From Candidatus Versatilivorator sp. (lineage in GTDB: Bacteria > Acidobacteriota > Terriglobia > Versatilivoradales > Versatilivoraceae), in NCBI GenBank assembly GCA_965207735.1, contig OZ242296.1, positions 2,976,001 through 3,040,000 on the forward strand: 64,000 nucleotides of DNA. The letters are read 5' to 3'. The position numbers and the translations under genes were made by a program. Shown here piece by piece: positions 46,894 to 56,890 of this stretch. Numbering within the stretch: position 1 is the stretch's first letter; each line of letters starts with the position of its first letter. The notes beneath the pieces are model-generated. The model searched no databases and was not told the origin of the DNA. It saw nothing but the letters and a program-made list of their open reading frames with translations.

Positions 46894-48594
46894 TCAGGGC
46901 CGGCGGTAGCGCACCTCCACCTCCAGTTTCTCGATCAGGATGGGTTCGGCTGCCTTCGGCCGGGGCTGGGTGAGGCGGAGACCGACCAGGTTAGAGCCGG
47001 GGGCAAACAGGTCCGGCGACAGCCGGTCGAAGACCAGCCAGCCACCCTTGGAGCTGGGCTTGCCCAGGTGGGCGTTGTTCAGCCGGGCTTCGATCAGGTT
47101 CTCGATTCCCCTGGCGGCAGGGATGTTCGCCAGGCGGCTGTCGGGATGGCCGATGGTGGCCACGGTAACTTCCTGGAGGCGCTTTTCCTGGGGCAGCCCC
47201 TCGGCCGAGGAGTCCGATAGCAGCAAGCGTAGCGAGAGCCCTTCCAAGTGTTCGCGCTCGGCGGCCAGGTCGTCGGCGACGGAGACGGTCAGAAGACTAT
47301 CGGCCTTGCCGTCGTTGGCCAGCGGAGCCGGCAGCGGGGCCAGCATGTTGGTGTTGAAATACATCCAGCGAGGCGTGGTCCAGTCCTGGGGGTTGGGAAT
47401 GACGGTGGGACCGTGCCCGCCGCCGCGGCGCTGCACTACGAATCGCTTGTTCTTGCGGTGCAGGGTCTGGGGGCTGCCGATTTCCCGGTAGGCCGTCAGG
47501 TGGGTATCCCAAACCCCGCGAAAGGGAAAATCCGGAGCATGGTTGAAGTTGAAGGTCTGGATGCCGTCCGCGCCCTGGCGCCACCAGTTGGCGGCCACGC
47601 CGCGATAGATGTCGATGGGAGGCGTGGCGTAGCCGTCTGAAGCGTGGTGGTCATCCACGCTGGGGTAAAGCTTGACGTGGGTGCCGGCGGTGATGCGGCG
47701 AAAGGCGGCGATGTCCACGTCGAAGCTGCGAATTCCCAGCGCCAGCACGTCCACCAACCCCTCGCTGACCCAGGTCTCGATATCCAGCCCGTCGAAGCGG
47801 CAGCCTTCCAGGTTTTCAGGGATTCGAGCTCCGACGAGCAGGGGCCGGCCCCGTTTCCGGGCCACTTCCTGGGTGATGGCTCGGAACTCCCGCATGAAGT
47901 CGGTCATCTTGTCCCGGTTGGCCCAGGCCTTGCCGGGGGGCAGCACGGGGCACACCCTGGCGAAGTCCAGCGAGATGCCGTCGTAGTCGAACCGCTCCGC
48001 GATTTCCCTCAAAATGCTCAACTTGTAACGGCGCACTTCGGGAATGGCGTAGTTCCACAGGCCGACCGGACCGGGCCAGGTGTGGATCAGCCATTCCGGG
48101 TGCTTCAGCTTCATGGGGACCTTGCGAAAGGGCCCCAGGTCGTTGTCGGAGCCGTTGATGCGAAAGTTGTAGAAGGCCTCGATACCCCGTTTCCTGGACT
48201 CCTCGGCAAAGATGGCGGCGATGTCGATGCCCTGCTCCTTCCAGCGCCGGTAACCCTCGCTGTCGTAGAGCGGCATGATCCGGCTGGGCCAGGGTGAGAC
48301 ATTGCCTTCCCCCCAGCACCACCAGACGCTGTCGATCTGAACATCGGCTGCGTCGATGACGTGGAATTTCCACTTCACCAGTTCGGCCGGATCTCGGCCC
48401 CCGAAACCGCGGTCGCCGGAAATGGTGTCGAAGTTGATGATGATGCGGCGGTCCCGGCCGGCGGCGGCGATGTGTTCGTCGGACAGTTGCACCGGCCTGG
48501 CGGCGTCTGCTGCGCGTGGTTCGGGCGCCGCGGCGGGGTGCGGGAGGACCAGGATCAAAAAGGCGGAAAGCGAAAAAGTTCGAAGAAGGGACAT
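46894..48594 (-). CDS. Secreted glycosyl-hydrolase-like 10 TIM-barrel protein
   Basis: Signal peptide; WNYAIPEVR...ERFDYDGISLDFAR; GADGIQTFN. Confidence 0.75.
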   Translation of the reverse strand: MSLLRTFSLSAFLILVLPHPAAAPEPRAADAARPVQLSDEHIAAAGRDRRIIINFDTISGDRGFGGRDPAELVKWKFHVIDAADVQIDSVWWCWGEGNVSPWPSRIMPLYDSEGYRRWKEQGIDIAAIFAEESRKRGIEAFYNFRINGSDNDLGPFRKVPMKLKHPEWLIHTWPGPVGLWNYAIPEVRRYKLSILREIAERFDYDGISLDFARVCPVLPPGKAWANRDKMTDFMREFRAITQEVARKRGRPLLVGARIPENLEGCRFDGLDIETWVSEGLVDVLALGIRSFDVDIAAFRRITAGTHVKLYPSVDDHHASDGYATPPIDIYRGVAANWWRQGADGIQTFNFNHAPDFPFRGVWDTHLTAYREIGSPQTLHRKNKRFVVQRRGGGHGPTVIPNPQDWTTPRWMYFNTNMLAPLPAPLANDGKADSLLTVSVADDLAAEREHLEGLSLRLLLSDSSAEGLPQEKRLQEVTVATIGHPDSRLANIPAARGIENLIEARLNNAHLGKPSSKGGWLVFDRLSPDLFAPGSNLVGLRLTQPRPKAAEPILIEKLEVEVRYRRP

Positions 48595-48661
48595 GAGGGG
48601 CCTCTTGCACCGGCATCCTGAAGGGGCGGCGCACGTTGCGGCGGGATGAGACGCCCGCCGG

Positions 48662-50626
48662 CTATAGATAGGTCCACACGATGACCGAGATCCCCAGGAA
48701 GAAGGCGCCGCAAATCAGCAGGCCGGCCTGCATGAACCAGGGCGGTCGAAGCCGGGCCGGCAGCAGGGTGCGGTTGACGTAGAGGGTGTGCAGACCCGTG
48801 CAACCCAGCGCCACGTTCCCCAGCACCGCGCCGATGATGGCCAGTTGGAGGGGCTCGAACAGGGACAGCCAGACCAGGCCCCAAACGGCGTAAATGCCCA
48901 GGATGGTGTAGTAGATGTAACGTACTTGGGGACCTCGAAGACTTTGGGCCCGCCGGCTGCTCGACCAGACCACGTCGGTCCAGCGCCGTGCTATGGCTTC
49001 TCCCGAGAAGATCTGACCCGGAGCCAGAATCAGGAACCCGCACAGCAGAGTGGCGGGCCAGAGCAGCCACTGGAGATCCGGGTACCTGCGGGCCGCGCCG
49101 TCGGCGATCATGGCTGCCGCGCGGTGCCCCTCCACCGGCACGTTCCGAAGAAATTCCATAGACACCAGGCAGGGCAGGGCCATCCCCAGGAAGCAGCAGA
49201 ATGTCCACACCACCAGTTGGTCCCGCCTGACGTAACGCATCCAGCCGCGCCAACGCCCCATATTCGCCTCGTCCAGAGGAAAGGTCTTCCCGACGTGCAG
49301 GAGCGTCACCGAACTGCCGCCCACGGCGCTGGGAATGGCTCCCACCAGCTTGCCCATCCCCCAGCCTTTGTCGCGGGCGTAGTTGGAACAGAGAGCGTTG
49401 GAGGTGCCTCCGATGCCGGCAATGGCGGCGAAGGCGGCCAGAATAGCCCAGTTGAGGTCGGGCAATCGGCCGTGTTCCCACAGATAGCCCAGCATGCCCA
49501 CTCTCTCCACACCCTGGTAGGCGACCAGTTCCTTGGCGCGGCCGGCTACCGCGGCAGGAAGATCCTCAAGGCGATCGTAGGATTGGGTCTGTCCGGATTG
49601 CCGGACCTCGATCCTGTCCGGCTTCCAGGTGCGATCGGCCAGGACCTGCCCGGCCAGCCGCAGCCGGACACCGTCCTGGGTGTCCTCCACGAAAAAGCGG
49701 TCCTCCCGGGCGAGGGAGGCTGCGCGGTCGACCAGGCCTTGACGCACCGCCGCCAGTTCGGCCGGCACGGAAGCATGCATACCGAATCGCTTCGCCTCCC
49801 GGCCCCGTGCGGCCACGAACTCGGTGACCAGCGTCTGGTCGGGTTCAACGGTTCCCTTGATGGTGTAGCGGCCGCCGCCGCTGGACTCGCTCAGCTCGAA
49901 ATGGGGCCCCACGACGATGGTATCGGCCCGCAATGGCAAGGCTCCGAACCGGAAGAAACCGGTCACCACCTCGTAAACGTTGGAATAGGAGGCCGTGAAG
50001 AGTGCCAGGATGCAGAGGAAGCCCAGCACCAGGATGACCTTGAAGGACATCAGGCGTTCAATGCTGCGATAGATGGTGCCGCCGAATATCAGGGGGAGAA
50101 ACGCCAGCAGGAAAACGCTGTAGCCGAGCAGTTTGACCAGCCGCACCTCGGACACGGAGGTTCCCAACAACTGCACGGTCCCGTCGCCCGGCAGGTGGCC
50201 CAGAAGGGCCGCCGCCAGCGGCACGGCGGCCGTGGCCGCCATGAAGGGCCAGATATTGCTGACATCCATCAGAAGGTACCAGGCCGTCCACACTTTCCGC
50301 CCCGGCCAGGTCCGCAAATAGCCCACGTAGATCGGCTCGCCGCAGTAGAGGGCGTAGCGCATCACCTCCAGGTTGACGAAGAGTTGGCAGAGAATGCTGA
50401 TGGTGGCCAGCCAGAGGATGGTGCCGCCGTACTGACTGGCAACCACCGGCCCGAAAAGCCACTCCCCGGCGCCGATGGCGACCCCGGCCATCATCATGCC
50501 GGGACCGATCAAGGCCACCCAGCTACGAAGCCCCATTGCCGGCGGGGCCGGGAGGTTGGCCATGGTCCAGCCCGGAAGTTTTCCCGCGGCCACGGTGTCG
50601 GTTCTTGCGGAAGGAGTATCGTTCAT
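48662..50626 (-). CDS. Nramp-like/APC-fold transporter with a soluble insertion
   Basis: IGPGMMMAGVAIGAGEW; YARDKGWGMG; many TM helices. Confidence 0.8.
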   Translation of the reverse strand: MNDTPSARTDTVAAGKLPGWTMANLPAPPAMGLRSWVALIGPGMMMAGVAIGAGEWLFGPVVASQYGGTILWLATISILCQLFVNLEVMRYALYCGEPIYVGYLRTWPGRKVWTAWYLLMDVSNIWPFMAATAAVPLAAALLGHLPGDGTVQLLGTSVSEVRLVKLLGYSVFLLAFLPLIFGGTIYRSIERLMSFKVILVLGFLCILALFTASYSNVYEVVTGFFRFGALPLRADTIVVGPHFELSESSGGGRYTIKGTVEPDQTLVTEFVAARGREAKRFGMHASVPAELAAVRQGLVDRAASLAREDRFFVEDTQDGVRLRLAGQVLADRTWKPDRIEVRQSGQTQSYDRLEDLPAAVAGRAKELVAYQGVERVGMLGYLWEHGRLPDLNWAILAAFAAIAGIGGTSNALCSNYARDKGWGMGKLVGAIPSAVGGSSVTLLHVGKTFPLDEANMGRWRGWMRYVRRDQLVVWTFCCFLGMALPCLVSMEFLRNVPVEGHRAAAMIADGAARRYPDLQWLLWPATLLCGFLILAPGQIFSGEAIARRWTDVVWSSSRRAQSLRGPQVRYIYYTILGIYAVWGLVWLSLFEPLQLAIIGAVLGNVALGCTGLHTLYVNRTLLPARLRPPWFMQAGLLICGAFFLGISVIVWTYL

Positions 50627-50660
50627 GAGGAAAGGGAACCTCGCGTCCCGGGTCCAGGGG

Positions 50661-51719
50661 TCAACTCAAGGCAACCGTTTTTCCCGTGCGAGCCGATTCG
50701 TACAGCGCCAGCACACTTCGGAGGAGGGCACGGCTGAGATCCAGCGAAACCACCGGGGCGGCGCCGTCCAGGATACAGGCTTCCATGGCTTTGACTTCCG
50801 CCTCATAGGAATCCACGGCCGGAATCCGGATAATTTCCTGACCGCGGTCTGTGCCGGTGAAGGTCAAGCGCCCTTCTTTAGGGGGATTTCCCGGCCATTC
50901 CGCTCCCGACAGGTGGTCCATGACGGTCAGCATTCCCCGCGTGCCGATGATCTGGGCTCCGCGGCGAGGAGGCGACTGCATACCACAGGAGATTTGCGCC
51001 ACCATCCTGTTCGGGAACCGCATCTGGCCGATCAGGGTGAGATCCACACCCGTGGGCCCAACCGTTTGCTGAGCCCAGACCTCGCTGGGAGGTGTCCCGC
51101 CCGCCAGGGCGATGGCGAAGGCGTTGGGATAGACGCCCACGTCCCACAATCCGCCGCCGGCCAGTTCCGGTTGCAAACGGATGTTGCCGCGGTCTTCCGG
51201 GGGCAGACAGAAGGCATCCCAGCACGTCACCAGTTCCACCTCGCCCAGGCGTCCCTCTGCCATCATCCGCTTGATGGTTTGGATCTGCGGATGATGGAGA
51301 AAGGAGAATGCTTCGAAGATCGTGACCCCGTGTTCCCGGGCAGCCGTTTCCACTACCTGCAGATCCTCCAGGCTGGTCACCAGCGGTTTTTCGCACATGA
51401 CGTGCTTGCCGGCTCGGGCGGCGCGAATGGTCCATTCGGCGTGCAGGGTGTTGGGCAGCGGGTTATAGATAACGTCGATCTCCGGGTCCTCAACCAGCTC
51501 CTCGTAGCTGCCGTAGGCCCTTGGAATCTGGTTGTCCGCGGCATAGGCCGCGGCCTTTTCCAGGCCGCGGCTGGCCACCGCAGCCAAGCGGCTGCGGGCG
51601 GAGCGCTGCATGGGGCCCACCATGGCGACGTTGATCCAGGCCGTCGACAGCAGGCCCCAGCGGACTTTGTCGGTGGCGAGCGCGGTGGCGGCCAAGGCAA
51701 CCTTCCCCGGTCGCTGCAT
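50661..51719 (-). CDS. Gfo/Idh/MocA oxidoreductase
   Basis: WGLLSTA, GKHVMCEKP and GGGLWDVGVY motifs. Confidence 0.93.
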   Translation of the reverse strand: MQRPGKVALAATALATDKVRWGLLSTAWINVAMVGPMQRSARSRLAAVASRGLEKAAAYAADNQIPRAYGSYEELVEDPEIDVIYNPLPNTLHAEWTIRAARAGKHVMCEKPLVTSLEDLQVVETAAREHGVTIFEAFSFLHHPQIQTIKRMMAEGRLGEVELVTCWDAFCLPPEDRGNIRLQPELAGGGLWDVGVYPNAFAIALAGGTPPSEVWAQQTVGPTGVDLTLIGQMRFPNRMVAQISCGMQSPPRRGAQIIGTRGMLTVMDHLSGAEWPGNPPKEGRLTFTGTDRGQEIIRIPAVDSYEAEVKAMEACILDGAAPVVSLDLSRALLRSVLALYESARTGKTVALS

Positions 51720-51927
51720 TTGCCCCCGGCCGATATGCCGCAGGCGAGCAGGAACGATCGATGTGTGAAGATCCGGAACTCACGGCATCATAGGTGGCCG
51801 CCTGGGGACTGTCAAGGCGGGGAGCGGCCTCCCCCGGTTCGACAGAAACCGGCGAGTCCATTTGAGGTATGATCTGAAAAACGATCAGATCCGACCCCTT
51901 TCGAGCACCCATGGGAGGAGCGACATC

Positions 51928-53013
51928 GTGTCTATCTTTCGGCAAATCCGCCTCGTCCTGGTTCTGATGGGCTTGAGCTGGCTGCAGCTTGCCCCGGGCT
52001 TCAGCCAAGCCCGTTCAGCCTCGGATTGGCTGGCTCATGACCCCGACCGGCCCCGGCCGCCGGTGGTGTCGCCGGCGCGCCAATCCCTGCCGGTGACTCC
52101 TCCCGAGGATGCCGTGGTGCTGTTCAATGGGACCAGTCTGGAGGGATGGAGAAGCGAGGACGGCGGGCCGGCGGGCTGGAGAGTCGAGGACGGGGCCATG
52201 ATTTCAGTGCCCGAAAGCGGCTACTTGTATACCTCCCGTGCCTTCGGGGACGTACAGCTTCACGTGGAATGGGCGGCTCCCCTTCCGGTGGAGGGCAGCA
52301 GTCAGGGGCGCGGCAACAGCGGCGTCTACCTGATGTCCAAGTACGAAGTCCAGGTTCTCGACTCCTACCAGAACGATACCTATCCCGACGGTCAGGCGGG
52401 CGCCGTCTACGGGCAGTATCCCCCACTGGTGAACGCCAGTCTTCCCCCCGGGGAGTGGCAGGCCTACGACATCATCTTTCGCCGCCCCCGCTTTCACCGG
52501 GACGGACGGCTGGCCTCGCCGGCCCGGATGACGGTCATTCACAATGGAATCCTGGTGCAGGACAACGTCGAGCTCTGGGGACCCACGGCCTGGCTGCAGC
52601 ATGCGCCCTACACCTACCACCCCGACAAGCTGCCGCTTGCCCTGCAGGACCACGGCAACCCGGTCCGGTTCCGCAATATCTGGCTGCGGGAACTGCCGGA
52701 GCATGCCGAGCCCGAGCCGCCCCCCCGCCCTGGCCCGCCTGCCATCTCTCTGGCCCCCGGAGTGCTGAAGCGCTATGCCGGCCGTTACCGGACCTCGGAC
52801 GGACACGAGTTCGTGATCTCCCTGCACGGGGACCACCTGAGGGCGTTTTTTTATCGGCAACCGGAGATCGAGCTGGTGCCCCGCTCGGAAAGGGAGTTCG
52901 CCCTGCGCTGGACGGCGGCCCGAGTGCTGTTCGAACTGGATGGGGAGGGGCGTCCCACCGCACTCATCTTCGAGATCGGGGGCGACCGGCGTCGGGTCAA
53001 GCGGGTTGACTGA
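51928..53013 (+). CDS. DUF1080 (3-keto-disaccharide hydrolase-like) protein with a DUF3471-like tail
   Basis: LFNGTSLEGW, RGNSGVY, YEVQVLD and LQDHGNPVRFRNIW motifs. Confidence 0.9.
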   Translation: MSIFRQIRLVLVLMGLSWLQLAPGFSQARSASDWLAHDPDRPRPPVVSPARQSLPVTPPEDAVVLFNGTSLEGWRSEDGGPAGWRVEDGAMISVPESGYLYTSRAFGDVQLHVEWAAPLPVEGSSQGRGNSGVYLMSKYEVQVLDSYQNDTYPDGQAGAVYGQYPPLVNASLPPGEWQAYDIIFRRPRFHRDGRLASPARMTVIHNGILVQDNVELWGPTAWLQHAPYTYHPDKLPLALQDHGNPVRFRNIWLRELPEHAEPEPPPRPGPPAISLAPGVLKRYAGRYRTSDGHEFVISLHGDHLRAFFYRQPEIELVPRSEREFALRWTAARVLFELDGEGRPTALIFEIGGDRRRVKRVD

Positions 53014-53025
53014 AGGTAAAGACGC

Positions 53026-53118
53026 ATGACAGGCAATATCGAGGTATTTTGTCGGGATAAAGGATACGAGCCGGCGATCATCTGTACACCGGAGGAACTC
53101 TTGGAGGGTGCAATATGA
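53026..53118 (+). pseudogene. C-terminal remnant of a PIN-domain toxin
   Basis: IEVFCRDKGYEPAIICTPEELLEG*; ATGA overlap with the next gene. Confidence 0.7.
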
Positions 53119-53306
53119 GGGACGATCCCATCGTCGCAGAAGTACGGCGGATCAGGCATGAGCATGCAGCGCGGTTCAAGTACGATTTGGACTCGATCGT
53201 GAAAGATCTCAAAGCGCAAGAGCGGGCAAGCGGCCGATCATACATCAACTTGCCCCCGCGTCGTTTGGCCGTTCGGCAGACGAGGCCACCGGCTGCAACC
53301 GACTGA
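53115..53306 (+). CDS. Small putative antitoxin partner of a PIN toxin
   Basis: MRDDPIVAEVRRIRHEHAARFKYDLDSI, a type recalled as following PIN genes. Confidence 0.7.
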   Translation: MRDDPIVAEVRRIRHEHAARFKYDLDSIVKDLKAQERASGRSYINLPPRRLAVRQTRPPAATD

Positions 53307-53512
53307 CATCCCTCCTCACTCCGGTTCGTTTGAGCTTGATAGGTAAACGGAACTGAGAACGTACAGCCTATCGACGCCAATGCCTCTCAATGAGCCACTG
53401 GGCGCGGATGGCGATTCTTGAGGAACAGCTTGAACAGATCAGCAATGAGAATATTCAAAGAATGCGGCAGTCATCACTGTCTCCACGGTAGAATCTAACG
53501 AAAAATTCTACC

Positions 53513-55843
53513 CTAAGCTCCAACTGTCTGCGACCGGTAGATGATTCGCATCAGGTGCAACTCGTCATAACTGACGCTCTTGTCGAAGGCATCGAAAACC
53601 GGCCGCAGGAAATCCGCGCCTAATTCATCGAAGGCTGCCAGCACCTGTTCTTGCACCTCTGATGACAACTGTGACTCGGCCCGAAACCGTTCTACCGGGA
53701 GCACATTCCCCGATTGTACGTCCCTTTCCAAATGAGAGATGATCGTCTGGCGTTTCACTCCATAGGCCTGCATCAGTTGGGTCACCGATTCTCCGTCCCG
53801 GAATCGTTCTCCGACTTCCCGGCTGCGAGAATTCATGGGTTTTGAAGCGGAAGTTGGGCGACGGGACGGTCTTGGATGCTCTGACAGCCCCTGTTCCCGG
53901 CAATAAGCGGCGATGATGGGTAAGAAGAGGTCGGCGTATCTTGTAACTTTCGCCTGTCCGATACCGTGCAGTCTCTCCAACGTCGTTTCGGAGTGAGGGA
54001 AATAGGTTGCCATCTCTTGCAGGGACCGGTCGGAGAAGATCACATAGGGTGGAACGTTGGCAGTATCCGCCAGCTCCTTGCGCTTGGTGCGGAGCTGTTC
54101 GAAGAGTTGACGGTCGTACGCGGCGGTTTCGCCGGACGGAACACCGCGGCCGGAAGACTTCCGGCCTGTTTCCACCGGTGTCCCCGACACCTTTTTCCCC
54201 CTGAGAACAGCCCACCCCGTCTGCGTCAACTTGACGCTGCCGTGTTCCATGTGTCGCGCAAGGAGCTTCTGTTGGATGAGCTGTTGCGCCAGGAGTTTCC
54301 ATTGTTCGGCGGAATACTCCTTGCCTATGCCATAAGTCGAGAGACGGTCATGTCGTTGCCTTATCACCTTTATTGCCCGCGAACCGCGCAACACATCGAT
54401 GATGTGACCGATGCCGAAAACCTGGTCCGTTCGCACAATGCAGGAGAGAAATTTTTGTGCCGGAACGGTCAAGTCAACCTGCTCCTCTTCTTTCTTGAGG
54501 CAGTTGTCGCAGGCTCGGCAGTTTTCCGATTGGTACACCTCTCCGAAATAGGCTAACAATTCGCTTCGGCGGCATTCGCCCGAGGTCGCCCAATTCACCA
54601 TGGCTTTCAAGCGCTCTCGCCGTCCCTCGCTTTCAGAGACCGCACCCTGCCGGATGAAGTATTGGATGGTGTCTACGTCGCCATAGCTGAACAGCAGCAG
54701 ACAATCTGCCCGAAGTCCGTCTCGACCGGCGCGCCCGATTTCCTGGTAGTAGCTTTCAACGCTCTGGGGCAAATCCACATGGAGCACAAAGCGCACGTCC
54801 GGCTTGTCGATACCCATGCCAAAGGCAATCGTCGCCACCATGACCCTTACGTTGTCGCGGATGAAGGCCTGCTGGTTGTTCTTGCGAGTTTCATCCTCAA
54901 GGCCGGCATGATAGGGCAATGCGGAGAACCCCTGCTCCACCAGTGCCTCGTGCAGCCAGTCCACTTGTCGACGGGTGGCACAGTAGATGATTCCCGACTG
55001 GTTGGGATGGGCTGCGAGGAAATCGAGCGATTGTCGCAGCAGGTTTGTCTTCGGCTCGACGGCGATAAAGAGGTTTGAGCGATCGAAGCTGGCAATGAAC
55101 TGGTTTTCATTGCGGAGACCCAATGTTTGCCTGATGTCGGTTTGGACACGGGGGGTCGCCGTTGCCGTCAGGGCAACGCATACGGCGTGTGGAAATCGCT
55201 TCCGTACAGAGTCCAGTTGGCGGTATTCCGGGCGAAAATCGTGTCCCCACTGCGAAATACAGTGGGCTTCATCAATGGCCAGGCAGTCCAGCCGACAGTC
55301 GTCGAGGAGGCGCAATGTTTCAGGACGCAGAAGCGATTCGGGCGCAAGGTAGAGCAGCTTCACCTCGCCCGTTCTGAGCCAATCGACGGTCGAAACATAT
55401 TCGTCGTGGTTGAGGGTGCTGTTGATAAAAACGGCAGCTACCCCGAACTGCAGCAACTGTGTCACCTGGTCCTGCATGAGTGAAATGAGCGGCGATACCA
55501 CCACCGTCAGCCCGTCGAAGAACAGCGCCGGCAGTTGGTAGCACAGGGACTTGCCCCCGCCGGTGGGCATGATGATCAAGGTGTCGCGCCCTTTCCGAAC
55601 GTTCTCGGTGATCTCCAGCTGTAGCGGTCGAAATTCGTCGTAGCCGAAGACGGTCTTGAGGACCTGTTGGGGAGACTGCGTGGTGGATGGTGAATTTCGG
55701 TTGGCGACTGGGGGAATGCAGTGGTCATGGACCGGTTTGCGCCCCCTTTCCGTTTCAGTAGGGTCTGGTGCCCGGCCGGATTCCTCCGGCGAACCGGCTT
55801 CGTCAATTCCGTAGACACCACTAGCCACAATCTTGGGTTTCAT
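53513..55843 (-). CDS. recQ: ATP-dependent DNA helicase RecQ (RQC, HRDC and HTH domains)
   Basis: [39 protein letters not shown] and VPPYVIFSD motifs. Confidence 0.96.
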   Translation of the reverse strand: MKPKIVASGVYGIDEAGSPEESGRAPDPTETERGRKPVHDHCIPPVANRNSPSTTQSPQQVLKTVFGYDEFRPLQLEITENVRKGRDTLIIMPTGGGKSLCYQLPALFFDGLTVVVSPLISLMQDQVTQLLQFGVAAVFINSTLNHDEYVSTVDWLRTGEVKLLYLAPESLLRPETLRLLDDCRLDCLAIDEAHCISQWGHDFRPEYRQLDSVRKRFPHAVCVALTATATPRVQTDIRQTLGLRNENQFIASFDRSNLFIAVEPKTNLLRQSLDFLAAHPNQSGIIYCATRRQVDWLHEALVEQGFSALPYHAGLEDETRKNNQQAFIRDNVRVMVATIAFGMGIDKPDVRFVLHVDLPQSVESYYQEIGRAGRDGLRADCLLLFSYGDVDTIQYFIRQGAVSESEGRRERLKAMVNWATSGECRRSELLAYFGEVYQSENCRACDNCLKKEEEQVDLTVPAQKFLSCIVRTDQVFGIGHIIDVLRGSRAIKVIRQRHDRLSTYGIGKEYSAEQWKLLAQQLIQQKLLARHMEHGSVKLTQTGWAVLRGKKVSGTPVETGRKSSGRGVPSGETAAYDRQLFEQLRTKRKELADTANVPPYVIFSDRSLQEMATYFPHSETTLERLHGIGQAKVTRYADLFLPIIAAYCREQGLSEHPRPSRRPTSASKPMNSRSREVGERFRDGESVTQLMQAYGVKRQTIISHLERDVQSGNVLPVERFRAESQLSSEVQEQVLAAFDELGADFLRPVFDAFDKSVSYDELHLMRIIYRSQTVGA

Positions 55844-55996
55844 CGCTCTCCTCTCTTAATCGGTACGGCTTGAGGGAGTGAAATGAATGGCCAAACAGGA
55901 ACTGTTGGCCGGCAGTGAGTCGGTCAAGGATTTCAGACTGTAAACGGGAATGGGTGGGTGACGGGACATTCTTGCGGAAGTGTTCCAGTGCTCCGG

Positions 55997-56383
55997 TCAC
56001 GCCGGCTCAATGTCGGTTTGGGCAATATTCTTGCCCTTGAACAAAAGGGGTTCCCCCGTGGTTTCCGCAAGCGCGTAGGCAAAGCAGTCACCGAAGTTCA
56101 ACCTTGCCGGATGGTTGCCTCTGCCGAAACGCCGCCACGCCAGCCGGGCGACCTCCACCTGTCGAGGCGTGACCGGCACCAGCTCGATTCCTGCCGTTTC
56201 CAGAAAGACCTCAAGTTCATAACCCGCAGCCAAACCCCCGCGGCTCTCCACGACAATAGAGGTTTCCAGAAGACTGGCCGCTGACATTCGGCAAGCTTGA
56301 GCGGCTGCTATCGTCTTTTCGTAATACTCCGCGTCCCGCTCACCGAACAGGATCGCGAGAACCACGGATGAATCGAGGATCAC
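55997..56383 (-). CDS. vapC: VapC PIN-domain toxin
   Basis: MILDSS, HPARLNFGDCFAYALA and PLLFKG motifs. Confidence 0.93.
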   Translation of the reverse strand: MILDSSVVLAILFGERDAEYYEKTIAAAQACRMSAASLLETSIVVESRGGLAAGYELEVFLETAGIELVPVTPRQVEVARLAWRRFGRGNHPARLNFGDCFAYALAETTGEPLLFKGKNIAQTDIEPA

Positions 56384-56637
56384 TTGGGCAGGCCCCGCTC
56401 GTCGTAAAGCAGGTCACCATGTTCCAGGGAGGAGGCCCCCTCTCCCACCAGCTTGGCACAGCGTTGTCCGATGGCATGCAACTCTTGAGCAAGGGCATCG
56501 ACACTACGTCGGCGCTTCTCTCGAGCCAGCCGTTCCCGTAGCGCAACGGTAATGGCGCCTGTCTTGGTCTCGCCGGTAAGCTCGGCAAGCTCCCCGGCGA
56601 GTTGGCAGGCCTCTTCATTCTTGATGTTGAGACTCAT
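56380..56637 (-). CDS. vapB: VapB antitoxin (Rv0623-like)
   Basis: MSLNIKNEE...LAELTGETKTGAI..ALRERL...LYDERGLP; 4-bp overlap with vapC. Confidence 0.9.
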   Translation of the reverse strand: MSLNIKNEEACQLAGELAELTGETKTGAITVALRERLAREKRRRSVDALAQELHAIGQRCAKLVGEGASSLEHGDLLYDERGLPK

Positions 56638-56647
56638 CACTGCCTCC

Positions 56648-56678
56648 AGGGTAGAATTCTCATTTACAATTCTACCCT
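56648..56678. promoter_or_regulatory. Palindromic operator of vapBC (putative)
   Basis: agggtagaatt-N9-aattctaccct immediately upstream of the vapB RBS. Confidence 0.7.
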
Positions 56679-56890
56679 AGGCATCCAACCGAATGCGACC
56701 AAGTTGCCGCGTCAGGGAGAAGGGGCGCCCGTACGTCCCGGATCGAAAGCGCAGCCGGTGTGTTCTCCGAATGACGCACCGGCGCCCTCTCGCGGGCGGG
56801 GAACGTCACAGCCAAACTGTAGAAGCATTGCAGGGGACAGGGAGGGAGTGCTGTACCTGCGGTCCGACTCGAAATGGTCGTCAGCCTGCC

